DNA of 64,000 bases from the human T2T-CHM13v2.0 reference genome, Homo sapiens: assembly GCF_009914755.1 (NCBI RefSeq), contig NC_060927.1; one strand, 5' to 3'. A program made the translations under genes and the position numbers. Positions within the stretch are counted from its first letter, which is position 1; each line of letters opens with the position of its first letter. The notes beneath the pieces are model-generated. The model saw only the letters and a list, made by a program, of their open reading frames with translations. It had not been told where the DNA came from and made no database searches. Below, in pieces: positions 51,586 to 64,000 of the stretch.

Positions 51586-54089
51586 TGTCATGGGATCTTT
51601 AGGGTGTCACTTCACCAGCCGGAAACCTCTGTGGCCAGCTGTGCCTCTGCTTAGATTTTGCTTGTGCCTGCTGGACTTGTGCCTGGCAGGTTGCACTCTG
51701 CTTGAGCTACCAGCGTGGATCCCATACCTGCCAAGGGCAAGCCAGGCACGGAGCAGTGGGGGGTATGTGAGCAAACAAGCACAGGGTCCAGCCGCTGCGC
51801 ACAGCCAGGTGCACCAGCTGTAGCAGGTTGGGCAGCTCCAGGCACCAGCACAAGCACCAGCTTTGTGTGAGGTTGCAGCTGAAGCAGACATACCACAAGC
51901 GGCTTCCGCTGCGGGCACCAGTGTCTGAACAAGGGGAACCTGATGGCACCCGAAAGCTCGGAGATGCCAGGAACCGCAGAGCCCCAAAGAGGGTGTTACG
52001 GCGTGTCAGAGCCCTGGCTCAGGGAGCCCCAAGGTCTGCGCTCCTAGAAGGACCACAGCTCTTCTCTCCTTGTCACTCACAATGTGGTAAATGGGGGAGA
52101 AAAGTTTCAGCCCTGTTTATGTTACAACTCTTTCCGTCCTGCCATTTTGCGGGTCCCAAGTTCTTGTCCTGCATACAAAAGGAATGAGGTATGTGGACAA
52201 GTGGAGGGTAAGCAAGGCAGAGAGGAGCTTCATTAAGTAACAGAACAGCTCTCAGGAGACCTGAGGCAGCTCCTTTCGGCAAGCAGGTCGTCCTGACGAC
52301 GGTTCAGCTCTCAGCAGAAGAGACCCGTGATGGATAGGTGGATAGCTTCTTTCCACAGGCAGGTTGTCCCAGCAAGCATCCAGCTCACAACGGAGAGGAG
52401 ACCTGTGGTGGGTAGCTCCTTTTCACAGGCAGTCATCCCAGCTAGCGTCCAGCTCTCAGGGGAGAGGAGACCCGTGGTAGGTAGTTGCTTTTTGCAGGCA
52501 GGTCATCTGGGTGAGCATCCAGCTCTCAGTGGAGAGGAGACCCGTGGTGGTAGCTCTTTTCTTCAGGCAAGTCATCCCGGTGAGCGTCCTGCTCTCAGCA
52601 GAGAGGAGACCCGTGGTGGGTAGCTCCTTCCCTCAGGCAGGTCATCTCAGTGAGCGTCCAGCTCTCAGTGGAGAGGAGACCTGTGGTGGGTAGCACCTTT
52701 TTGCAGGCAGGTCATCTCACCGAGCATCCAGTTCTCAGTGAAGAGAAGACCCATGGTGTCTAACTCCTTTCTTCAGGCAGGTCATCCTGGTGAGCTTCCA
52801 GCTCTCAGTGGAGAGGAGACCTGTGGTGGATAGCTCCTTTTCACAGGCAGGGCATGCCAGCAAGGGCCCAGCTCTCAGTGGAGCAGAGACTCATGGTGGG
52901 CAGCTCCATTCCTCAGCCGGGTCATCCCAGCAAGCGTCCAGCTCTCAGCAGAGAGGAGACCCGTGATAGGTAGCTCCTTTTCAAAGGCAGATCATCCTGG
53001 CTAGCGTCCACCTCTCAGCAAAGAGGACACTCATGATGTTCCATTGGCAGGCAGGCCATCCCAGTGAGTGTCCAGCTCTCAGCGGAGAGGAGACCCAGGG
53101 TAGGTTGCTCCTTTTGGCAGGCAGGTCATCCTGGCTAGCATCCAACTCTCAGCAAAGAGGACACTCATGATGGGTAGCTCCTTTCTGTTGGCAGGCAGGT
53201 CATCCCAGTGAGCGTCCAGCTCTCTGTGGAGAGGAGACTCATGGAGGGGAGCTCCTTTCTACAGGCAGGTCACCCCAAAGAGTCAATGAGACCCAAAGTA
53301 GGTAGCTCCATTCATGCAGCAGGTAGTCGTGACATCTGTGTGAGTCTGATTCCAGGGTTTTTATGGGCTCAGAAGGGAGGAAGCCTGTCCTGATGGATCC
53401 ATGAGTGGCCATGGGTGGGCCTGGAAAAAGCCCATAAGTTCCCACTCTGGAGTGTGGACTCCACTTGGAATGGGCAGCCCAGGCCCCAGGCTTCAGGTAA
53501 TTCCTGGCTCACAGGAGGGGTTTCACTGGGGACCTGCCCCTTCCCACCCAGGAACACAACTGCCTCCTGCTGTCATCAACATGTCCATGGATCCCTGGCT
53601 GTCCATGCCGAGGAGTGCCTGCAAGCCTGTGCCAAGCCACCTTCAGCCTCCCCGGCCTGCCTCCCGTGTTCATCAGTTCCCAAAGTATGGGAGTTGGGGA
53701 CCGAGGTGGCATGGGGCTGACTCAAGCGTGCAAACCACCCCAGCTGGGGCACAACAGCACCCAGGTTCAGCTACAACATTGCTCCAAAATTGTTGCTGGT
53801 GTCAGGAGCAGGGGGAGGCCAGGGAGCAGGAGCTGGTACTTCCAAGCCTGTGGGAGCAGGAGAGGCTTTCTGGGCCCCAAGAGCACAGGGATGCCCAGGT
53901 CTGGAGCCACAGCTGGGCAGCTGCAGCTGCACGTGGGAGCGCAGGGCTCCTGCTGTGCCAATTCATAGTGGGCAGGGCTCCCACCTTTTCTCAGCCCCCA
54001 CTGAATCCACAAAGCACACAGCCCCCAGCCATGCCTCCCCCACTTCAGCCAGCATCTTTGCAGTGGCCACTCCAGATGGACAGCTATCA
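51586..54089 (-). mobile_element. ERV1 solo LTR, MER52 family (~2.5 kb, long variant)
   Basis: Termini tgtcatgggatctttagggtgtcac...ctccagatggacagctatca; 4-bp TSD taag at 51582-51585 and 54090-54093; homologous to 23885-25629. Confidence 0.85.
52245..53330. repeat. ~70-bp tandem minisatellite inside MER52 LTR (~13 clear + ~2 degenerate units)
   Basis: Unit cagctctcagtggagaggagacccgtggtgggtagctccttt...caggcaggtcatccc..tgagcgtc recurs at 52381, 52450, 52520, 52589, 52659, 52729, 52799, 52869, 52939, 53009, 53073, 53143, 53217. Confidence 0.92.
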
Positions 54090-57000
54090 TAAGTACAGCC
54101 CCTTTGGCTTGCTTGGTTTCTATTTGTTTATAATTAAGGTCTTTTTCCATTTCTCTGCATTCAGTCTCTATGTGTCTTTACAAGTGAAGTGTGTGTCTTC
54201 TTTGCATGACATAGTTGTGTCATTTTTAAAATTCATTCAACCAGTCTATATTTTTCAGTAGAAAATTTGATCTGTTTACATTTAGTTATTATTGATATGT
54301 AATTAGTTACTTCTGTTATTTTGTTAATTGCCTTTCATATTTTGTACTTATTTTGTTGTTTTTTGTCATTGTTTCTCTCATTGTTTATCATTGCAGTTTG
54401 GTGATTTTCTGTAACAGTAACATTTGAGTCCCTCCTTATCTTCATTTGTGTGATTGCTCTACCAGTGCATTTTATACATTCATGTATTTTTATAATAATA
54501 TTGTCCTTTTGTTTCCAAGTGTAGGACTTAAGCATTTATTATCTGGTTGGTCTAGTAGTAGTGAATTCCCTTAGTCTTTGCTTCTCTGGTAAAAACTTTA
54601 TTTCTCCTTCATTTATGAAGGATAACTTTGCTGGGTATATTATTCTTTCAGAACATTGAATATATTTTTCCATTCTCACATAGCCTATAAGGTTTCTTTA
54701 GAGAAATCTGATGTTAGTCTGATGGGGGGGTTCTTAAATATGAATAGATGCTTTTCTCTCACTGTTTTTGTAATTCTTTAATTGTCTTTGTTGACAGTTT
54801 GACTATAATGTATCATGTAGAAGACTTTTTTGGGTAATAGCTATTTGGGGATCTCTGAGTTTCTATATCTGGATGATTAAATATTTTGCTAGACCTCAGA
54901 AGTTTTTACCTGTTATTTCACTAAATTGGTTTTCTATGACTTTGGTCTCCTCCTTACCTTCTGGAACACCCAAAATTTGGATATTCGTTTGTTTCATCAT
55001 GGTCCATATGTCACATAGACTTTTTTCATGCTTTTTTATTCTTCCTTTTTTGTCTGACATAGTAATTTCAAAAGGCTTGTCTTCAGTTCTGAAATTCTTT
55101 CTTCTGCTTGATCCAGTCTATTTTTGAAGCTCTAAATGTATTTTTTATTTCATTCATTGAATGCTTCAATTCCCTGATTTCTGTTTGGTTCTTTTTTATG
55201 ATATCTGTCTCTTTGGTAAATGTATCATCCATATCCCTAATTGATATTCTGATTTATTTGTATTGTTTGTTTGTGTTTTTCTTGTATGTCACTGAGGTTT
55301 CTTAAAATCAATATTTTGAATTTTTTTTTTTTTACTTTTATCAATTTATTTTTCATTGTAATCCTTGTAAACATTTCCTTTTTTTTAATGTTTCTTGTCT
55401 TTATGTTGTATCTGTGCATTGGTGCAACAGTCACTTTTTCCAAGTTTTTGGATTGGCTTTCATATGAGAAGACTTTTTACTGAAGATGTGTTGATGGTAT
55501 TGGCTGCATAGGTCACTTCATTTTAGCTTTGTTTTTTTATTTATTTGACTATACACAGAGTCAGTGGTGTCCATGATTTCCTCAGTGTGTTAGTCTGTGG
55601 TTTTCATTGGAGGCTGTGGTGAGGTTTTGCTGGGGATGGGGATATCATTTGGGCCAATGTTCAGGCCCCAGTGGTGGCAGCAGTGGGCCAATCATGCCTA
55701 TCCTTGGGACCCTGGATGGTGAATGTGGGCACCAGTATTAGCAGATCTGAGCTAGTTGATTCTTGGATATTCATGCAGCTTGCTCAGATGCCAGCAGTGG
55801 AAGTGGTTGGCCAGGCAGCTGTGTGGGTCCTAGGTCCTCTAGACAGTGTATGTGGCATGGGTGGTGGCAGTAGCAGAGACAGGACAAACTTTGGGCTCCC
55901 TAGTGACTCATACTGTTATTAATGGTGTTTGCAGTGGGCTGGGTGGGCCGGTCCCCAGACCCCCAGGAGGCATATTCTACTAGATGATGGCTCCAGTGGT
56001 AGCAGCAAACCAGGTAGGCCTGTACTCAGGCCCCTGGGAGAAGTGTGCAGATACCAGCAGTGTTGGATAGTCTAGCACTATCCCCAGGACACTAGACAGT
56101 GTGCTCAGGAACTGGGATGGGGGCAGTGCAAGGGAAGGTATGCCTGTTCTGTTTTCCTGGTGATGCGGATGGGTACAGGCTAAGGTGGGCAGTGCAAAGT
56201 GATCCTCATTCCCCTTGAAGAATGCTGAGGTGGCAGTAGCAATGATAGCAGTGGAGAAAGCCAGTTTATAGAGAGCATGCAAGTACATAGGAGCCATCCT
56301 GCTGAGTGGGGGTGGGTTGCTGTTAGTGGCAATAGACATAAGCAGTTGGCTCTCAGGCTCTGGGGAGTGCACACTTTTATTCCCAGCAGCAGCAGTGGCA
56401 GTGAGGATAGCAAACAAATCCAATCTTTGGGATGAGTGCAAGTGTACCATGGCCCTGTTGTGAGGGGTAGCAGGATTGCTGTCAATGGCAGCAGTCACAG
56501 ACAGGCAGGTTTTATAGGGAGCACATGCTTTGGCTCTCTTTATCTCAGGGGCAGCCTACTCAGTGCACTGCACCACCTTTTCTCTGGGGTTCAGGACACT
56601 GTATGCTAGAGTGCTAAATACCCAACTGGGTCCAAGCAGCATCATCCCACTGTAGTCCTCTGGGTGAACACAGGGGAATATCACTGGGGCTCCAGGAATA
56701 TGGAAAAGCAGGGTCTATTGGGCCCCAGAGAAGAATGCAGTCTGGTGAGGGCTGGATTCTTAAAATGGCAACATAGTGCAGCTGCTTAGGTTTGGGGACT
56801 CAGCATGAACTCTCTCTTTGGAGTAATCCCATCATGTGGTCTCCAGGCAGGTCCCTAGTCTAGTCAGAGGCCCTGTGAGGGTTGAGAGACTCTCCTGTCA
56901 CTAGGGTTGTAGGAGTTCACAGTGGAATGTGGACTTCTGGGGATCTCTCACCATTTCACACACCGGGGAGCCACTCCTGGCTCCCAGCCAACACCAACTG

Positions 57001-57528
57001 AGTGAGCTGCCTCATTTTCCTCCCCTTCCATGCTTCAGGTATTTCCTGTCATGTTTCTATTCAATTTCAGTGTTCTCTCTTAAATGCACTATTTTAAGCA
57101 TGCTTACTTATTCATTATTTTGATTGTTCTTTATGGAAAAGGCTAGTTCTGGCTGCCTTCAGTCAGCCATCTTGAAGCCTCCTTCCTTGATTTTTACCTT
57201 TGATGTCAATTTTTAGGTGAATCTCTTCTCTAGCTCTAAATTTAATTAAAGAAATATGACTTTGCTTATGGTGATTGTGTAAAACTCATGGAGTTTACAT
57301 GCTTTACAACAATCCGTGTAGTATTAATATGAAGGTCCCAGAAGGTAGAAAGTAACAATAAAGTTGGTTTTTCTAGAAAAATAGTAGTAAAGTCCATATC
57401 TCAAGATGGATTAACTATAAAGCATTATATATGGCATACTATATCTTGACATGGGAATGATATGTTGAAGAATTCATGTTTCTTGCACCCTCTTCAACAT
57501 CTTAATAAATGACTTGGATTATTATTTT

Positions 57529-57826
57529 ATTTATTTTTTATTTTTTTGAGACAGAGTCTCGCTCTGTTGCCCAGGCTGGAGTGCAGTTGCATGATCTTGG
57601 CTCACTGCAACCTCCACTGCCCCAGTTCAAGTGATTCTCCTGCTTCAGCCTCCTGAGTAGCTGGGACTACAGGCATACACCACCATACCCAGCTAATTTT
57701 TGTATTTTTAGTAGAGACAGGGTTTCACCATGTTGGTCAGAATGGTCTCGATCTCTTGACCTCATGGTCTGCCCACCTCATCCTCCCAAAGTGCTGGGAT
57801 TACAGGCATGAACCACCGTGCCTGGG
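57529..57826 (-). mobile_element. AluS (Sc-like) SINE
   Basis: T-rich tail, gagacagagtctcgctctgttgcccagg...aaccaccgtgcctggg; TSD tgg(a/g)ttattatttt at 57515 and 57827. Confidence 0.95.
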
Positions 57827-58949
57827 TGGGTTATTATTTTAAAGAAATTTTAAATACTACTAAATTTTTACTCCTTTTCCAAATCCTTTGATAGATTTTT
57901 AAATCAAACGCAATGCCAAATTTGCCTTATGTAAGAGTTTAATGTTGTACCAAAACATGATATTTCCATTCCTGTTATTGTCTGATGTATTTTCCCCAGA
58001 ATGGGAATTTCAAACCTAGAGATGAGTGAGTTTCAATAAAGCTTTCTGGTTAATTTCCATAAGAAATGACAGAGTTAGAACTTCTACACGTCCATCTCAG
58101 TGTGGCTATGATTGCACTTTTCCCCAAGCATATGCATGTGTTAGATAACAATGATTACTAGGCCAAAGGAATCATAGCATTTCGTTTCACTCTTAGATGC
58201 CTGTTTCTAGGACATGGGGACAACTTAGTAAATAATTAATTACAGTGTGACAGCTACTCCCTTACTTGACAATTACTTTTAAAAAAGGAACTATACTCCT
58301 GGATCCTTCTTTAAATAGTTTTCTTAAACTTAAGCCACCTAAATTGTCTATAATGTGATAGGAATGCATGATTCAATCTTAATTACCAAATATATAAGAC
58401 AGAAGAAAATTTTCTGTTAATCCTAAAAAAAAGAAATATTATTTAGTTATTATTTCTTATTTAGTGTATTGTTTAGTAATAAATGTAACCATTATTCACA
58501 ATAATTCACACACATATATATTGAAAGGTTTTTAGATTGATTTTCTTCTAAAAAAAATTCCAATCTCTACCAAATCACCATAAATAAAAGTGTAACCACT
58601 GAAATATATTGTCTAAATGTCAAGAAAGAAAATAATCATTAATCTACTCCTAATAAATATATAGGATATGATTAGGAATTTGAAATTAAAATTCTAACTT
58701 TATCAAATTCTTCTTTAACTTGAAAAAATCATTGCATTTTTCCCACTAGATTTTCTGATTTTGAAGTGATTATATTCATTTATTTAATATGCATTTTTAA
58801 AACACTGCCAGTTGATGATCTTATAAATTTTTTCTCAATGTTTACAAAATAGAATGTTTCTGGATTTATAATGATATAGTCTACCAAACTTCAGTTTCTC
58901 TTAAAATTGAACTCCTTTTGGCTGGACGGTTTTGCACTGATGATCAGGA

Positions 58950-59024
58950 TGTGTGTGTGTGTGTGTGTGTGTGTGTAGGGGGGAGTGTGTGTGTGTGTGT
59001 GTAGTGGGGAGTGTGTGTGTGTGT
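58950..59024. repeat. Interrupted (TG)n microsatellite with two agG-rich spacers
   Basis: (tg)n aggggga (gt)n agtgggga (gt)n read directly. Confidence 0.9.
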
Positions 59025-61149
59025 CATAATTTTTAGACCCCATCATTTTCCTATGTAAGGAATATATGGCCATATGAGAGCATATTTCTTAATCATTTAG
59101 GTAAACTATTCCTTTCAAAACTCAGGTAAGATAAAAATTAATTTAGGTTGACACCAGATGCTCCAAGGATTAAAGAGCATCGCTTTGCCTAAAACTGGCC
59201 CAAAAGGAAATAAATGTGGGAGAGTTTGCTTTCTTTTAAGTTGGAAAGATTTTTTCATGTTTCCAAGCTTCCTAGAAGTTCTGAAGCAGCTATTTGAGAG
59301 GAATAGATGAGTATCTTTCTTATTGTTGTTTATTTTTATGTGTAAGGAAGTTTTAAGAACACTGAATGTCCATCAGCATTAGAGTCATTATAAAGAGAAG
59401 ATGACGTCCATGATGTAGAATATATTTGTAAGATTTGATGATTTTGCTACAAAATTATGCCTATGATTTAATTTTGTTAGTTAAAAAGGAAGTGTATTTC
59501 AGGGAATTTGTTTTCTTCTTATAAATTGACAAATCATATGTAAGTTCCTTGAAACCCAGGATAAAAATTGTAAATTAACTCTTCTTAGGTTGTGCCTCAG
59601 TTGGTAAGGAAAGCTTTAATTCAACATATTTCACAAGGAAGGCATGACCTTTAGAGAATAGGGTGGTTTAACTGAACCTACTGAATAATAGATTGCATAC
59701 CGTTGTTTAATTTATTTGCCACCTGTTTCATTCTTATAGTATAATAGGAAAATTAGGATTCCTTCACCACATATGAAACATTTTATACTCTGAATGTTCA
59801 AAGGAATATCTCAAATCAGATGAAATCTCAAGAGTTGAAATTAAGGATTAACAAGTGTTCATAACTTTCAAGAAGATTAGATATAAATTCCATGTTAGAT
59901 ATTTTCCTTTACCATTCTCTTTATTATAGTCGCCTTTTATCACAAAAATCTAAACTGAATGGAGAAAAGTCATGCCAAGAATTGCTCAGATCTTCAGTTG
60001 TCTTAAAAACAGTAAAAAAAAATTACTTCAATACTTGAAGTTACGTTTTATCTGTCTCAATTAAAAGCCACTGTGCACTTCAATGATAATTGTAATTTTG
60101 AATGAAAACAAGAACATCTGTTGGTATCCAGGGTAAAGGACAGTATCTTTGTCAGATATTACTCTTGACTTTTTTGTAAGACAGTGCTCATACCCCACCC
60201 CAGTCACTCAAAGTGCACCCACCATACAGATAACTATTTTCACTTTTTCCACAAAGCATGACACATTTTCACACACAAATGTAGTAGGCAGTGGGTCAAC
60301 CTTGGTAAATTATGGACATGTTTGTGATGATATGTCAAATAAATGGGAGGCATATGACTAGAGCTTTTGCTACCTCATTTTGCAGTTCTAAATACCAGGA
60401 GACCTCTAGTCCCATCCTAGAATCAGATGTATTCTGTGAGATGCACTCGGGCATATTTGGATTCACCTGGCCTATCAAAGGGACAGGGGTCAGGGCAAGA
60501 AGTCCAATATACTTGCAACTAGTTTAGAATTGAGAGCTATAGGATAGCAGGCTCGAAGCATGACCTTACACGTTCAAGTCATAACAAAAGGAAATTTAAA
60601 AAAAAAAAGTAGTAGTTCTATCTCTGCAAATTTATCCTGGCATTTAGGATTTGCCTCATGAGATTCTCAGTAACACTGCATCCTGTGAGAGTCCTGAAAT
60701 GATATGCTCCCTCTCATTAAGCTGCACAGAAAACACAGTGCTTCTTGCAGCAGGTGACCTCCAGCCATCCTGATCAATGCCCGTGAGTGAAACTATCTGC
60801 CCAGCCTTTGATATTCTCATTTTCAGCTTCTGTTGATCCAAATAGTAGTCCTAGGAACAGTCTTCAGTCCTGGCAATGATCACTTGTGTATCTTCTCCCA
60901 TTACTTTGAGGTTATCTGATCTTGGCAGGGTATTTAAAAAAGAGAGAATGAGAAATGCTAGGTAGGAAGCACATTTTAACTTCAAATATTTTCCATTTTC
61001 TCTACTTATTCCACAATCCAGAATGTTTTTCCCTGCTATTTGTCAAATTGTCTTCTAGAATTTACTGAAGGATCACTATGAATTCAGCATGCTGACTAAG
61101 CAGATTTAAGTATTACCTCTTTGATCCTTTTTACCTATTTAATATTATT

Positions 61150-61395
61150 CAATTCATTTAACAAACACATAGTTCTTACTATGTATCAGGCAGTACTCAA
61201 ATTGGTTTACCAATATAGACTCATTTATTCTCACAATAGAACTATGAAATAATTATTTTTCTCAAGTTAGTGATAAGGAAATTGAGGCAGATAAAGAATA
61301 AATAGCTTGTCTATCATGTTCAAACAGCTTATAAGTATTGGAACTAGGTTTCAAACCCAGGCCATCAGGCTCCTAGACTATTCTGTTAGCCATTT
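61150..61395 (-). mobile_element. MIR SINE (possibly with L2 tail)
   Basis: cttactatgtatcaggcagtact...gataaggaaattgaggcaga...ggaactaggtttcaaacccagg. Confidence 0.65.
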
Positions 61396-62719
61396 GATCC
61401 AGTGCTCTTATACTGTGCCATAATCTGGCAGTTTTCTCACATATTTCTCCTTGCTACTCAGGACATGACCAACAAATATTAATTAAATTAAAGCTTTTAT
61501 ATGAATATCTTTATTTAGACTATTAACTAGTTCACTTAAAAACTTGGCCAAAATAAATGCTACATTTTGATTAATGTTTAACTTATAATTATATAATGAA
61601 TCTGTTTTTTTCTATAATACTTATAGATCACTCACCCGTATATTGAGCAACACATAGCTTATTTTAATCATATTTGAAGCCGCATCACCTAGCAGAGAAA
61701 GGGCTTAGAATGTATAATAAAGGCTTGTGGTAGCAATGAATATCTAGTAACTTGTGTATGCGTAGTACTCTTTTACTACCAATTTTGACTTCTGTTTGCC
61801 AGTTAATGTACTTTAAAAGAAAATTGTTGACTACATTTCTTGCTTTCATGTTTATGTTGAAATTTGATGTGGTTGTTGAACTCACATACATCAAACTTCT
61901 GCCAAGTTAAAATCATATTCCCTTTCTCTACAGTATTTCAGAATAAGGGCTATTGATAATTTGGGCTGTTTTTCTCAATTGCATATACAATTTAATTATT
62001 CTTTAGGCAAAAAGAGAATTTAGTATGATGGTTTTCTTTTATTTTTAAATCTGTTTTATTCTGCACAAAGTAGTTTGAAAGTAGGAAAATGAACTGCTCT
62101 TGTCATAATAAAATACTAAAAATAAAGAGTAAAACTTGTTCCTAAACCACTGTATATTATTTTTGTCCATAGAGATTTTCCTAAAGCCTGATGTCATTAC
62201 ACAGAGATTTTGTTAGGCAATGATACTTTTAACCTCAGGTGTTTTTTTTTTTTAATTTATTATTATTATTATTTTTTTGTCACAGTCAAAAGTGACAGCT
62301 ACCCTTAAGTGGTATATATTGTCTTTGCATAGGAAAACACCATATCAGGTGCCTTATTACATTAATGATAAGTGCAAATGTTTAAAAAATAAATTGTCAG
62401 AAATGCAATAACACTGTTTACCTCTCTAATATTTCTGGTTGGTAGACAGTTTGATCTTTGCCTGGAAAGTTAAAGGCACAGCAAGACTTATTACCTTATT
62501 TTCAGATAATATTTTATCTTTCCCACTGAAAAAAGGATAATTCCTTAATTGTAATATTCTAGAATTTTCTATATTCAATGGAAATATTTCTCATTTTGGT
62601 ATAAATTATACTATGCAGTTAGAAAAATTAAGCAATTCACTCAGTATAGCTTTTTTCTGCTATATGACCAAATTTATATAGTCAGCCTTTCTAGGAATAA
62701 GGCAATAAGTTGTTATTTT

Positions 62720-63600
62720 TATGTGATAAAAATAATGACTTCCATATAACTTAATGTTGAGGTAAATGGAATATTCACTCAAGTAATGAAACCAAGGAAT
62801 GAAGAGAGATTTAATTATTAGTGAAATTACCTGCAAAACACTAAAGAAAACTCTTCTAATTTTAAAAAGTGTTAGACAACTCTAAAAAGTAGAATCATTT
62901 CATACTGAAACAGTTATAAAAAGATAATTTCAATGATTTTAATGTTAGAAAGATACATATTATAAATATAGAGTCTTAATGCAATCTTAATCCACATCCA
63001 AAGCAAACATTATTTAAAATATGACAAAAATGTGAAATCTCTCTGGAATAATATAAGGACAAAAAAAATAAGCTAAAAGAATTTTGAGAAGGGAAGGATT
63101 TAAGGAAAAACTCAGCATTTCAGTTTTCCTGAGAAATTCAAACAAGGTGTTAAATAGTGTATTAGTCCGAGTTTTCCAGACATAACAAACAGTAGAGCAA
63201 GACCGAGCAAGAGAGAGAGAGAGAGAATTTATGAATTAATTAGGGAACTTGGCTTACACAATTATGGAGGTTGAGAAGTCCCACGACAGGCTGTCTACAA
63301 GCTGGACACCTTGGGATGCTGGTAGCACCTTTCTGGTACCAAAATATGTATTGGTACCAGCATAGAGAAATAGAAAGATTACAGAGAGAAACACAGAAAT
63401 AATTTAAAACAGGGCGAACATATATGAGAATTTCAAGTATGATAAAGGTGACCTTTCAATTTATTGAGTGAAAGATGAGTTATTTTATATATTGTGGTAA
63501 CTGGGGAGCCATTTAAAAAAATAAATTTGGATTCATAAGACACAGCTTTTCCCAGACAAAATTACAAATAAATCAAGGTTTAAAATTTTCAGAAAATATA
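62720..63600 (+). mobile_element. Highly diverged L1ME-like ORF2 fragment, interrupted by an MLT2 piece
   Basis: A-rich L1-like phrases (cttaatgcaatcttaatccacatcc, tatgataaaggtgacctttcaatt, ttgtggtaactgggg). Confidence 0.5.
63158..63330 (+). mobile_element. MLT2 (ERVL LTR) 5' fragment
   Basis: tgtattagtccgagttttccaga...(ga)n...ttggcttacacaattatggaggttgagaagtcccacgacaggctgtctacaagctgga. Confidence 0.7.
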
Positions 63601-63603
63601 AGA

Positions 63604-64000
63604 CCACTTTTACGATATTGATTCTTCCTATCCATGAGCATGGAATGTTTTTGCATTTGTTTATGTCCTCTCTTATTTCCTTGAGCAGTGATTTATAGCT
63701 CTTCTTGAAGAGGCCCTTCACTTCCCTTGTTAGCTGTATTCCTAGGTATTTTACTGTCTTTGTAGCAGTTGTGAATGGGAGTTCATTTATGATTTGGCTC
63801 TCTGCTTGTCTATTGTTGGTGTATACAAATGCTTGTGATTTTTCCACATTGATTTTGTATCCTGAGACTTTGCTGAAGTTTCTTATCAGCTTAAGGAGCT
63901 TTTGGGCTGAGACAATGGGGTTTTCTAGACATAGGATAATGTCATCTGCAAACAGAGACAGTTTTGACTTCCTCTCTTCCTATTTGAATACCCTTTATCT
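63604..64000 (-). mobile_element. Primate L1 (L1PA) ORF2 RT-region fragment running off the window
   Basis: ORF 63533-63847 contains [43 protein letters not shown], classic L1 ORF2p. Confidence 0.92.

Larger units (their letters stand above)
45005..57182 (-). mobile_element. Near full-length old L1MA (L1MA2/3-like) with 5' UTR, carrying nested Alu, L1PA and MER52 insertions
   Basis: 3' UTR at ~45005-45500, degenerate ORF2 to ~54150, ORF1 region ~54500-55400, GC-richer 5' UTR 55550-57182 ending gccatcttg (reverse complement CAAGATGGC, the L1 YY1 start motif). No intact ORF. Confidence 0.8.

Noticed and set aside
52245-53330. Regularly spaced repeats suggesting a CRISPR-like array
   Set aside because: Units are head-to-tail with no unique spacers, lie inside a primate LTR, and there are no cas-like genes.
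53401-54261. 286-codon ORF and overlapping ORFs on both strands
   Set aside because: Lie in the GC-rich MER52 LTR where stops are rare; no recognisable domain.
55980-56498. 172-aa minus-strand ORF
   Set aside because: Falls in the old L1 5' UTR; low-complexity and no known motif.

Overview
AT-rich primate (very probably human) genomic DNA from inside a large intron-rich gene. The only host coding sequence I can support is one 336-nt, phase-1/phase-1 exon at 3731-4066 (+). It encodes the first fibronectin type-III domain of an Eph receptor, and the peptide matches my recollection of EPHA6. The remaining ~60 kb is intron dominated by transposable elements, mostly antisense to the gene. These include eight Alus (one closely spaced head-to-head pair), a deleted HERV-H/LTR7 provirus nested in a Tigger3 element that is itself nested in an old L1, and two MER52-type LTRs, one carrying a ~70-bp minisatellite. 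There is also a near full-length old L1MA with several secondary insertions and micro-rearrangements, plus MER45, MER58, MER5, MER94, MLT, L2 and MIR relics. I found no convincing new biological system. The most interesting signals are a possible intron-read-through secreted receptor isoform, the three-level nested insertion, the U5/PBS-deleted HERV-H, and several small inversion/template-switch scars. Repeat subfamily names come from remembered consensus sequences, and boundaries of old repeats are approximate.
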